Shown piece by piece: positions 35,561-43,277 of a stretch of DNA of 45,763 bases (within the stretch, counting starts at the first letter, position 1; every line of letters begins with the position of its first letter). The notes under the pieces are model-generated. The model searched no databases, had not been told where the DNA came from, and saw nothing but the letters and a program-made list of their open reading frames with translations. Source of the stretch: a virus. The position numbers were made by a program, and so were the translations under genes. The stretch lies in the IMG/VR virus record IMGVR_UViG_3300045988_132303; one strand, 5' to 3'.

Positions 35561-36768
35561 ACCTCAAAATTAAATTTGAGCTTGAAGAAACCGAGCTGAA
35601 TGGCGAGATAGAAAACCTCATTCCCTCATCTTCCGGCGGTCTCCCCTCCGGCGGCACGACCGGGCAGGTGCTTACGAAGAACAGCGATGCCGACGGAGAT
35701 GCAGGGTGGAAGGATTCTTCCGGAGCTGAATTTTCGGATGACGGAAGCGGGAACATATCTGTAAACGGAGCTTCTTCAGATGCGAAAAGGTTCTTAAACA
35801 GTCTGACAGTTCCGGGGCTTAATTACAAGTATGTAAATCCGATTAACAGTGGGACATATGCAAGTCCTTACGGAGTGTACATCGGTAGCGGAACGGTTAT
35901 TGATTATGTTGTAGGGCTTACACAGGTTGGCTTTTATACGGCATATGTCAACAGAAAGGTTACGGATATTCCGGATGCTGCGAAAGCTGCTAATTCGTCT
36001 CTCAGAGGTTTTGTATGCGTGTCACAGATTGACAACACAGCAAGCGGTGGTAGTCAGAAGTGCTATGCATATATTGCTCTTATAGACCAGAACTCAAACT
36101 TCTACATCCAGTATATTCAGGGAAGCGTAGGCGGAGGTTGGAAACGTATGTATCCATATGAAACTGCCGAAAGCGCTCTTATGGAAAAGCTCGATAAAAA
36201 CCAAGGTACCGCAAACTCCGGAAAGTTCCTCGGAATAGGGGCTGATGGAATTGTTGTGCCGACTGAGGTTGGTGGTGGAAGTAGTGATATTTCATTTCCT
36301 TTGCTTTACGAAGCTACAACGACAGAAGAAGTTCGTTGGATCGATACTGGTGCAAACGCTTTCAGAGCAAAAAGAAGATTAATCATTCAGCTTATTTCTA
36401 AAGCAACCCCATCAAATTCTACAGATAATGTCGGGTGTGGTTCTATATATACCGATGGTTCGCCAATTTCAAGTGCCTATGCGAATTATGTACTAACAAG
36501 AGGAATGGCAGCAATGCTTCCGAAGCAATACGATCGTCTTAATACTTTTTACGGATATAGAGTTAATGACGATGCGTCATGGATTTTTTATCATACAAAT
36601 AGAACAGTTGTTAATAATGGATCAACCGCTCTTAATTGTTCAAACCAAAACTCTGCAGTGTCAAAGAAAGACATAACTGGATTTATCATCGGCGATAATT
36701 CGGCAGCAGCTAATGAAGGTACACGGGTGTTCGGAATTGGAACAGAAATAAAAGTATGGGGTGTATAA
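35557..36768 (+). CDS. Tail fibre / receptor-binding protein
   Basis: GGTTGQVLTKNSDADGDAGW motif is common in fibre N-termini. The 3' half is AT-richer. Confidence 0.6.
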   Translation: MNLKIKFELEETELNGEIENLIPSSSGGLPSGGTTGQVLTKNSDADGDAGWKDSSGAEFSDDGSGNISVNGASSDAKRFLNSLTVPGLNYKYVNPINSGTYASPYGVYIGSGTVIDYVVGLTQVGFYTAYVNRKVTDIPDAAKAANSSLRGFVCVSQIDNTASGGSQKCYAYIALIDQNSNFYIQYIQGSVGGGWKRMYPYETAESALMEKLDKNQGTANSGKFLGIGADGIVVPTEVGGGSSDISFPLLYEATTTEEVRWIDTGANAFRAKRRLIIQLISKATPSNSTDNVGCGSIYTDGSPISSAYANYVLTRGMAAMLPKQYDRLNTFYGYRVNDDASWIFYHTNRTVVNNGSTALNCSNQNSAVSKKDITGFIIGDNSAAANEGTRVFGIGTEIKVWGV

Positions 36769-36964
36769 TATGCAGTATAAAATATGGAAAAAGGATCACG
36801 CTGAAGAGATCGAAATGACTTCTGAAGAAATAGCAGAAGCTAAAGCGGCTCAGGAAGAATACGAAAAGCATCTTGCATCTCAGCTTCCCACCTACGAAGA
36901 TCGTCTTTCTGCCCTTGAATCGGCTCTTCTTGAGATGATAACAGGAGGTGAGACCGGTGGTTAA
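36761..36964 (+). CDS. Small hypothetical protein between the fibre and lysis genes
   Basis: ORF. Alternative start at 36770. Confidence 0.4.
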   Translation: MYNMQYKIWKKDHAEEIEMTSEEIAEAKAAQEEYEKHLASQLPTYEDRLSALESALLEMITGGETGG

Positions 36965-37058
36965 GTTTCTTGCGATTCAGGTAAAGCTGGGGAAGATTAC
37001 GATTGAGCAGATTCCGGAGAGGTATCGGGAAGCTGTCCGGAAGGAGCTTGAGAAATGA
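36957..37058 (+). CDS. 33-aa XkdX-like small protein (GTG start; not in the ORF track)
   Basis: AGGAGG lies 7 nt upstream of GTG 36957. (M)VKFLAIQVKLGKITIEQIPERYREAVRKELEK. The stop overlaps the next ATG. Confidence 0.4.
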   Translation: MVKFLAIQVKLGKITIEQIPERYREAVRKELEK

Positions 37059-37501
37059 CACTTAAAGAAATCCTGTGGGGGAGCGGCGGTGCTATAATCA
37101 TCCTGCTTTCCCTCATACAGATAACGCCTATCAGGGTCAACCCTTGGACGGCGATAATAAAAGCCATAGGGAGGGCGTTTAATACAGACGTGATTAAAGA
37201 CCTTAAAGAAATAAAAACGTCGCTTCTTGAGACGCAGGAGCGGCTTGAAGGGCATATACTTGCCGACGACATGAGAGCGGCGGACGAGCATCGGAGGCAG
37301 ATACTCCGCTTCAACGGGGAGGTCTTGCGCAAGCTCCGGCATACCAAGGAAGAATTTGACGACGTGCTTGTCGAGATAGACGAGTATGAGAGGTATTGCA
37401 AGGCTCATCCCGACTACAAGAACAACCGGGCGGTGCTTGCGATAGAGAACCTGCGCCGGGTATACAAGATACTTCTTGAAACAAACGATTTTTTAACCTG
37501 A
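37055..37501 (+). CDS. Membrane protein of the lysis cassette (one N-terminal TM segment plus a coiled coil)
   Basis: GGAIIILLSLIQI transmembrane segment. Lies upstream of the holin. Confidence 0.45.
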   Translation: MTLKEILWGSGGAIIILLSLIQITPIRVNPWTAIIKAIGRAFNTDVIKDLKEIKTSLLETQERLEGHILADDMRAADEHRRQILRFNGEVLRKLRHTKEEFDDVLVEIDEYERYCKAHPDYKNNRAVLAIENLRRVYKILLETNDFLT

Positions 37502-37516
37502 AAGGAGACAAACATT

Positions 37517-37810
37517 ATGGATTTCGGAATTACGGGAATTGCGGCAATAACGGTTATCTGTTACCTTGCCGCGCAGCTTATCAAGGCGACACCGCTTGAC
37601 AACAAGTGGCTTCCGGTGATATGCGGCATACTCGGAGGAGGGCTTGGCGTACTGGGAATGTACATAATGCCGGACTTCCCTGCCGGGGACATCATTACAG
37701 CAATCGCTGTGGGCATAGTATCCGGACTTGCGGCGACGGGAGCGCATCAGATATACAAGCAGCTTTCCGGGGACAAGCCCAGTGCCGACGACGGTGAGGA
37801 GGGCATATAA
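37517..37810 (+). CDS. Holin
   Basis: 97 aa with three hydrophobic segments and a charged C-terminus. Immediately upstream of the endolysin. Confidence 0.65.
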   Translation: MDFGITGIAAITVICYLAAQLIKATPLDNKWLPVICGILGGGLGVLGMYIMPDFPAGDIITAIAVGIVSGLAATGAHQIYKQLSGDKPSADDGEEGI

Positions 37811-38619
37811 TGACTATAACCGAATGCCTTCACACCCAGAGCCGGTGCTATACGGTATATCAGGAGTGTGAGCCGGTCGGGATCGTGGTACACTCGACCG
37901 GAGTTAACCAGACCTCGGTGGCGAGGTACTGTCAGCCGTCGGACGACAATCCTTCAAGGGCTGAAATAATCTCAAAGATCGGGCGCAACAAGTACGGCAA
38001 TCACTGGAACCGACCGAACGTGAACAAGGCGGTTCACTATATGATCGGGCGGCTTGCTGACGGCACGGTCGGCATACTTCATCTGCTTCCGGAGGAGATA
38101 TGCGCGTGGGGCGTGGGGAACGGAAAGAAAGGCTCTTACAACTATCCTCCGTATCCGCACATACAGTTTGAGATATGCGAGGACGGGCTGAAGGACGAGA
38201 CGTACTTCAAGGCGTGCTACAACGCTGCCGTTTCTCTGTGTGCCGACATCTGCCGCAGATGGGGATGGGAAGCCTCGGTCATCGTATCTCACAGGGAAGC
38301 GTACAAAAAGGGCTATGCAAGCAATCATGCCGACTGCGACCATTGGCTGAAGCGGTTCGGGCTGACGATGGACGACTTCCGGCGCGACGTGGACGGGCTT
38401 CTTCATCCCTCAAAGGTGATATCCGTCGGCGACACCGTGGTCTTTGCCGGAAAAAAGCATTACCGGAACGCAAACGCTATTTTTGGCTTCAGGTGCAAGC
38501 CGGGAAAGGCAAAGGTCATGAGGATATACCGGCTCGGCAAGTCGAGACATCCGTATCTGCTGAAGGGCTTCGGCGGGTGTACGGCTAACGGGTGGTGCAA
38601 CGAAGAAGAAATAAGGTAA
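37810..38619 (+). CDS. Endolysin, N-acetylmuramoyl-L-alanine amidase with a C-terminal binding domain
   Basis: GIVVHSTG...VIVSHREAYKKGYASNHADCDHW amidase pattern. SH3-like C-terminus. Confidence 0.8.
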   Translation: MTITECLHTQSRCYTVYQECEPVGIVVHSTGVNQTSVARYCQPSDDNPSRAEIISKIGRNKYGNHWNRPNVNKAVHYMIGRLADGTVGILHLLPEEICAWGVGNGKKGSYNYPPYPHIQFEICEDGLKDETYFKACYNAAVSLCADICRRWGWEASVIVSHREAYKKGYASNHADCDHWLKRFGLTMDDFRRDVDGLLHPSKVISVGDTVVFAGKKHYRNANAIFGFRCKPGKAKVMRIYRLGKSRHPYLLKGFGGCTANGWCNEEEIR

Positions 38620-38628
38620 AATAAGTGC

Positions 38629-38663
38629 GCGGCAAGAGCGATTTTGCCGCCATTTATTTTTTT
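38629..38663 (+). terminator. Rho-independent terminator of the late operon
   Basis: gcggcaa/ttgccgc stem followed by a T-rich tract. Confidence 0.7.
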
Positions 38664-38696
38664 CAAAAATTTTTTTATTTTTTTTTCAAAAACCCC

Positions 38697-38725
38697 TTGA
38701 CAAATGCACTCAATGGGTGTATAAT
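38697..38725 (+). promoter_or_regulatory. Consensus promoter with an A/T-rich UP-like element
   Basis: TTGACA-17 nt-TATAAT, preceded by long T/A runs (38651-38690). Confidence 0.7.
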
Positions 38726-38776
38726 AGACGCGTAAGATAAAAAACACCCCGGACACCGGGAAGAAAGAGGTACACA

Positions 38777-39088
38777 ATGGAAAACAACAGAATCGCAAAA
38801 CTCGTCAACACAATCGTAAACGCAGCTTCATGGGAAGAGGTCAGAAGCGAAGTCAGAGAGTTCTGCCAGATCTACTGCGGAGAAAACTTTGACTGGAACG
38901 TCGAACACGGATATAACCTCCGCCAGATCTTCGAGCGCAGCCTTGCAATCGCGTTTTATGGCGCAAATATGTATCTTCTCAATGATGAGTTTACCGAAAA
39001 AACCGACTTCCTTGTCCTTTGCGACTACCGCAATAACGTCCTCGAAAAAATGCCGAAATCCGAAAATTACGAAGGCATCAGAAGATAA
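38777..39088 (+). CDS. Hypothetical 103-aa moron protein
   Basis: ORF downstream of the consensus promoter. No recognisable motif. Confidence 0.55.
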   Translation: MENNRIAKLVNTIVNAASWEEVRSEVREFCQIYCGENFDWNVEHGYNLRQIFERSLAIAFYGANMYLLNDEFTEKTDFLVLCDYRNNVLEKMPKSENYEGIRR

Positions 39089-39174
39089 TCAAAGCCGGTC
39101 TGCAACAAAACGAAAAGAGAGCATCTGATTTACAGCCGAGCCGGGCGGCTGATCCCGGCAGAAAGAGGTACAAA

Positions 39175-39786
39175 ATGTTCGAATTCACAGACGAATATCA
39201 GCAGGAAAAGCTCATAGCCCGTCCTTGCTTCTACCGCGAGGACAAGAAAAATGACCGCAAACCCGCGATCTATCTCAAAGGCACCGACGAAATCGGCACC
39301 GAGATCAGGATCTTTGAGGAAAGCTACTGCCCGAAAGACAAGGAAGAATGGTCTGACTTCTGGAACCGCGCAAGGCAGATTTCCGAAGAAGACGCGGAAG
39401 ACGTCGTTTTTGCCGACGACGACCAAGCCGAGGAGCTTGCCGAAACAATCCGCGAGGCAGACAGCTGGGACGACTGCCAAGACGAGATCAGACACCTGTG
39501 TGAGCTTGCCGGACTTTCCGACGAGTATAACGAGGCAGACGGAGATACCTTCGAGTGCGTTATCGACCGCGCCGCAGAGTTTTTCGGTGTCACCGTCATC
39601 GCGACAGTCGCCGAGGCTCTGAAGTCTCTCCGTAAAAGAACCGGTCTTTCGCAAACAGCTTTCGGCGAAGTCTGCGGCGGCATCCCCCTCCGCACGATTC
39701 AGAACTGGGAATCGGGGATTAGAGAATGCCCTGACTACGTCCTTTTCCTCATAAAATCCCACCTGAAGAGCAAAAACCTCATCTGA
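39175..39786 (+). CDS. Acidic N-domain fused to a C-terminal XRE-type HTH
   Basis: D/E-rich region SEEDAEDVVFADDDQAEELAE...DEYNEADGD. C-terminal LRKRTGLSQTAFGEVCGGIPLRTIQNWESG. Confidence 0.6.
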   Translation: MFEFTDEYQQEKLIARPCFYREDKKNDRKPAIYLKGTDEIGTEIRIFEESYCPKDKEEWSDFWNRARQISEEDAEDVVFADDDQAEELAETIREADSWDDCQDEIRHLCELAGLSDEYNEADGDTFECVIDRAAEFFGVTVIATVAEALKSLRKRTGLSQTAFGEVCGGIPLRTIQNWESGIRECPDYVLFLIKSHLKSKNLI

Positions 39787-39792
39787 AAAACC

Positions 39793-39827
39793 AACCCGCG
39801 CCGGGAACGGAATGCGGGTTAGTTTTT
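39793..39827 (+). terminator. Rho-independent terminator
   Basis: aacccgc/gcgggtt stem followed by agtttttt. Confidence 0.7.
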
Positions 39828-39828
39828 T

Positions 39829-39850
39829 CGTGGCAGATTCGTGGCAGATT
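39829..39850. repeat. Tandem cgtggcagatt x2 (arm-type site candidates)
   Basis: Exact 11-mers at 39829-39839 and 39840-39850. Confidence 0.8.
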
Positions 39851-39974
39851 TGAGGTCAAAATTATGCCCCGCAGGGCAAAATCGCGCCCCACAGGGCAGA
39901 ACAAAAACCTGCCGCGAAGCCCCGTAATACAAGGAAAAACCCGCAATCCCAAGCGGGACGCGGGTTTGCGGGTT

Positions 39975-40002
39975 TGGTGCGGGTAACAGGGGTCGAACCT
40001 GT
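39975..40002 (-). other. 3' fragment of a tRNA gene (T-arm, 3' acceptor strand, ACCA); candidate att core
   Basis: Minus strand reads ACAGG-TTCGACC-CCTGT-TACCCGC-A-CCA. No matching 5' acceptor, D arm or anticodon arm upstream. Confidence 0.6.
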
Positions 40003-40048
40003 TCAAAAAGTCTGTAAACCCCCGTATTGATTGACTTTTTTGTTGCTC

Positions 40049-40070
40049 ATGGCAGATTTCGTGGCAGATT
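40049..40070. repeat. atggcagatt and cgtggcagatt (second pair of arm-type site candidates)
   Basis: 40049-40058 and 40060-40070, in the same orientation as the first pair. Confidence 0.75.
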
Positions 40071-40071
40071 A

Positions 40072-41115
40072 TTATAAATATCGCTTAAAAGTATCGCTAT
40101 AATACGTTTCGAGCCGCTCAAAAAACTGGTCTTTTTTGTCCCTCATAATGTGACCATATACGCGATTAACCATCTCCTCCGTCTCGTGTCCGAGCATATC
40201 CGCGATGTACTTTACCGGAATTCCAAGCATGATCATGACCGATGCAGCATAATGACGCAGTTCGTGGAAGGTGTAGTGTGCTCCGGGGCAAACTCTTGCG
40301 AGGGCGCGTTGATATCGAGTGTAAATTTGATTGGCTTTGAGCGGCGTTACAAAGACAGCGTCCGATGTATAGAGACGGCTCATCTCGTCCCGCAGATAAG
40401 GAATCATCTTAATAATCCGATATCCTGCGTGAGATTTCGGAGCCTTTTCGACAAAATTGTTATGGATGTCCCGCACGAGCGCGGTATCGACTTTTATTGT
40501 TCCCGCTCCCAAATCAACATTTGCCCATTTAAGCCCAGCGATCTCACTTGAACGCATCCCGGCAAGAGCGGCAAGCAGCACAGGCAGCTCGATATCTGTG
40601 TCGTATACATCTTTAATCAGCCGCATAACATCTTCTTCGGTTGGTATGATTATGTCCGATTTTTCTTTCTGCGGCAATGTTGTAAGTAATGTAAAATCCG
40701 GGCGAAACATCTTGAGCGCGGAAGACAAAAGCCCGTGCATATTTCTGACTGTCTTCGGCGCATGGCTTTCCGCTTCTGCGTTAACTGCCGCTTGCACATC
40801 CTCACGGGTCAGATCGTTGACATTGATTTGGTGGAGCATCTTGAGCGAGTTTTTCCGCATCTGAGTATACTCTCGATAGGTGCGCGGCGAAAGGACGTTT
40901 TTTTTGGATTCCACGTATCGTTCCATTGCGCAACAAACCGTGATGTTCCCTGCGCGGTTGTCTTTTCTCTGCGCTTCAAATTGCGCCGCCTCAAGCTGCA
41001 CGGCTTTTTTGTTTTTTCCGGTAAAGCTCCGGTAATGCGCCTTTCCGTCCTCGTCCTTATAGTCAAGGACTTTTATCCGGTACGACCCCGACGGTAGCCT
41101 TTCTGCCTTAACCAT
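40072..41115 (-). CDS. int: Tyrosine site-specific integrase
   Basis: C-terminal catalytic pattern: R(SSEI)...HELRHY...LGH...Y. GGAGG RBS 6 nt before ATG 41115. Confidence 0.9.
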   Translation of the reverse strand: MVKAERLPSGSYRIKVLDYKDEDGKAHYRSFTGKNKKAVQLEAAQFEAQRKDNRAGNITVCCAMERYVESKKNVLSPRTYREYTQMRKNSLKMLHQINVNDLTREDVQAAVNAEAESHAPKTVRNMHGLLSSALKMFRPDFTLLTTLPQKEKSDIIIPTEEDVMRLIKDVYDTDIELPVLLAALAGMRSSEIAGLKWANVDLGAGTIKVDTALVRDIHNNFVEKAPKSHAGYRIIKMIPYLRDEMSRLYTSDAVFVTPLKANQIYTRYQRALARVCPGAHYTFHELRHYAASVMIMLGIPVKYIADMLGHETEEMVNRVYGHIMRDKKDQFFERLETYYSDTFKRYL

Positions 41116-41136
41116 TTTGACCTCCTTCAAAAAGAA

Positions 41137-41152
41137 CCCCGCACGCGCGGGG
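41137..41152 (-). terminator. Hairpin plus U-tail between the HTH-TM gene and int
   Basis: ccccgc/gcgggg stem. The minus strand continues ttcttttt. Confidence 0.5.
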
Positions 41153-41158
41153 TGTTGT

Positions 41159-41626
41159 TCATATTATCGTTATAAGGATTTCTTTCTGCATCTCGACAGA
41201 AGCAAGTGCCTGCCTGAAAAACCCGATGTCGATGTGTGTGAAATCGTATATCAGTATGCCGATGATCGCGGCAACCAACGCAAACAAAAGAAAGCCGAGA
41301 AAGATTATCCAAAGGTTTTTATCTCTTAAAGAGCGGAGATAGATCTCGGATATCCGTTTCTCCGCTCCATAGTCTCGGACATACTTAATGACAGTCGCGG
41401 TTCCGGTTGTAGGCTCAATCTGCTTTTGCTCGATTCCCGCAAGCTCGTCGAGAGAGCCACCAAGAACTTTTACCACACTGGAGACGGTGTAAAACGCCGC
41501 TCCCTCGGCATGACCGGAGAACAGACGCGCAACCGTGCCTGGAGCGATGCCGCTCAGCTCTGCAATCTGCTGATTGGTCAGGGCTTTTTCCTTTTTCAGC
41601 TCGTTCAGATACTCTGAAATCGTCAT
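41159..41626 (-). CDS. Membrane-anchored XRE-type HTH protein
   Basis: LTNQQIAELSGIAPGTVARLFSG HTH. C-terminal transmembrane segment LWIIFLGFLLFALVAAIIGILIY. Start at ATG 41626. Confidence 0.65.
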   Translation of the reverse strand: MTISEYLNELKKEKALTNQQIAELSGIAPGTVARLFSGHAEGAAFYTVSSVVKVLGGSLDELAGIEQKQIEPTTGTATVIKYVRDYGAEKRISEIYLRSLRDKNLWIIFLGFLLFALVAAIIGILIYDFTHIDIGFFRQALASVEMQKEILITII

Positions 41627-41682
41627 TTTTTTTGACCTTCCTTCATTGTATAGTTTCCAGCATTTAAATATGAATCGCAATT

Positions 41683-41694
41683 CTCATATATGAG
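41683..41694. promoter_or_regulatory. Perfect 12-bp palindrome ctcatatatgag in a divergent intergenic region (operator candidate)
   Basis: Self-complementary. Flanked by an imperfect aatcgcaatt / aattcgatt inverted repeat. Confidence 0.4.
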
Positions 41695-41736
41695 TTGCAC
41701 AATTCGATTAAATATGCGGGTATTCAGAACTGGTTA

Positions 41737-41765
41737 TTGCTATTCACCTGTAAATGTGGTATGGT
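41737..41765 (+). promoter_or_regulatory. Promoter candidate TTGCTA-17 nt-TATGGT with TGn
   Basis: Read directly from the sequence. Confidence 0.4.
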
Positions 41766-41795
41766 AAATATAGCATAAAAAACCGGAGGTATACT

Positions 41796-41963
41796 ATGAT
41801 ACGCAATCGCTATGAGAAACGGCGCATCGAAAGAGAACGCCATTACACCGACCCGATAATCACCGAGGACGAGCTTCGGCTTGCAAGAGCCTTGCAGCTC
41901 CGCATGAGGCGCGTGACGTATCAGGAGGACTGTGCGCCGGAAGACGGAAAGGGGGGTGATTGA
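41796..41963 (+). CDS. Small basic hypothetical protein (55 aa)
   Basis: GGAGG RBS. Arg/Lys-rich. Confidence 0.45.
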   Translation: MIRNRYEKRRIERERHYTDPIITEDELRLARALQLRMRRVTYQEDCAPEDGKGGD

Positions 41964-42107
41964 ATGGGAGAGATTCGTTTGACGCCGGATGTTGCCCGGT
42001 TTATCGCAAAACTCACGCAGGAAGAATTCACAATTATAAAATCTCTCTACGGAGAGGACGACGAAAGGACACAGACAAATGAAAGACGAAATAATAAATC
42101 TCGATGA
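41964..42107 (+). CDS. 47-aa hypothetical protein (not in the ORF track)
   Basis: ATG immediately after the upstream stop. MGEIRLTPDVARFIAKLTQEEFTIIKSLYGEDDERTQTNERRNNKSR. Confidence 0.35.
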   Translation: MGEIRLTPDVARFIAKLTQEEFTIIKSLYGEDDERTQTNERRNNKSR

Positions 42108-42198
42108 ACTCAGCGAAGAAAGTAGAATTCTCGTCGAAATCATACTTAATGCCACCCCCGAAGAGTTTGAAGAACTTAAACGCCTTGCAGGCAAATAA
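42079..42198 (+). CDS. 39-aa acidic hypothetical protein (not in the ORF track)
   Basis: MKDEIINLDELSEESRILVEIILNATPEEFEELKRLAGK. Followed by a terminator. Confidence 0.3.
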   Translation: MKDEIINLDELSEESRILVEIILNATPEEFEELKRLAGK

Positions 42199-42216
42199 GC
42201 AATAACATATACAACT

Positions 42217-42240
42217 GCCCGCTTCGGCGGGCTTTTGTTT
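42217..42240. terminator. Hairpin terminator between converging genes
   Basis: gcccgc-ttcg-gcgggc followed by ttttgttt. Confidence 0.7.
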
Positions 42241-43277
42241 TATAATTTTATATTTTTTTCTTGCAGATATTCGGTTATTCTTTGATATTTCTTAGAATTG
42301 CTGTTTTTTATGCGTCGAAATGCACCGAATGTTTTTGGTATCAGTTCTTCCGGAAGAACTTCAAGAAGAACATAATAAATTCTTCTGTCGATTTCTTCTT
42401 GCTTTTCTTTTTCGAGCAAATCCAGATAATCTTGATATCCTCGTTTCTGCTCTTCTGTCCTATCATCAACATATGGACGGTGACTTGCAATGAAAGGGTT
42501 GGCTTTTTTTCCTTTTATGTAAAAGTAATCGGGAGAAAAAGCAGTTATAGAGCATCGACAACCGGGATGAAAATTTCCATGTACTCTTGCATAGTTTGGT
42601 AGCTTTGGATATTTTGATAAGCCATTTTTGACCGTGTATACTCTGCCGATCATTTTGGCACATTCGCCGCAGCATGGATGCCCTAAGTCGCTATACATAA
42701 CCAAGCCGTTTGTATATGAAATTGCATTGGGAATTACATATTTAATTATTCCTTTTGCGCATTGATCAAAAGTGTTCTCTGTATATCGAGGTTGCGATTC
42801 AAGATATTCTACGGCTTTTCTCCCCTCATCAAACATTTTCAGCTTAAAATGCCAATCAATCAAACGGTTAAAATCGTTATGCGACCATCCGCAATGTTCA
42901 TTTGCAAGCATAAGCTCGGTAGATTTCCAAAGAAGCGCAGAGCACAATTCTTTTTCGCTTTCGATACCTTTCTCACCGTCATCAAAATGCCCGCCAGCCA
43001 TCATCCGCAGAACATAGTCCAACGAGCCAAGAGAGCCGTCGCCAGACATGGTATCAACACGACCAAAATTCGGAACAGGTATTGCGCGAATATCATTTGC
43101 GCAGTTCATATCATAAATTCTGTCGCCTATTACTATATAATCTGAATATCTTGCGTCCGAAAAAACATCCCTGTTGTTCGGGCGCATTTTTGATAAATAC
43201 CCATTTTCAAAGAAAGCAATGAATTTACCTTGATAAACAGGGGATGAAAGTTTTCGATTAACTGCCCATGATATCAT
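42240..43277 (-). CDS. 345-aa protein with a MuF/gp7-like CxxC...HPxCRC domain, co-transcribed with the repressor
   Basis: GHPCCGECAKMIGRVYTV...PKLP...HGNFHPGCRCSITAF (residues about 200-247). AT-rich. Overlaps the upstream XRE gene by 20 nt. Confidence 0.6.
   Translation of the reverse strand: MISWAVNRKLSSPVYQGKFIAFFENGYLSKMRPNNRDVFSDARYSDYIVIGDRIYDMNCANDIRAIPVPNFGRVDTMSGDGSLGSLDYVLRMMAGGHFDDGEKGIESEKELCSALLWKSTELMLANEHCGWSHNDFNRLIDWHFKLKMFDEGRKAVEYLESQPRYTENTFDQCAKGIIKYVIPNAISYTNGLVMYSDLGHPCCGECAKMIGRVYTVKNGLSKYPKLPNYARVHGNFHPGCRCSITAFSPDYFYIKGKKANPFIASHRPYVDDRTEEQKRGYQDYLDLLEKEKQEEIDRRIYYVLLEVLPEELIPKTFGAFRRIKNSNSKKYQRITEYLQEKNIKL

Larger units (their letters stand above)
39829..40070. 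other. attP region
   Basis: Flanked by two pairs of GTGGCAGATT arm-type repeats. Contains a tRNA 3'-end copy. Adjacent to the integrase gene. Confidence 0.65.

Noticed and set aside
33301-36768. Diversity-generating retroelement targeting the tail or fibre genes
   Set aside because: No reverse transcriptase ORF exists anywhere in the genome, and I saw no template/variable repeat pair.
39938-40055. A complete tRNA gene at attP
   Set aside because: Only the T-arm, 3' acceptor strand and ACCA are present on the minus strand. The expected 5' acceptor strand (GCGGGTA), D arm and anticodon arm cannot be found upstream.
41116-41130. Integrase start at ATG 41130 (MKEVKM...)
   Set aside because: Those codons are themselves the GAAGGAGG Shine-Dalgarno sequence, placed 6 nt upstream of ATG 41115.
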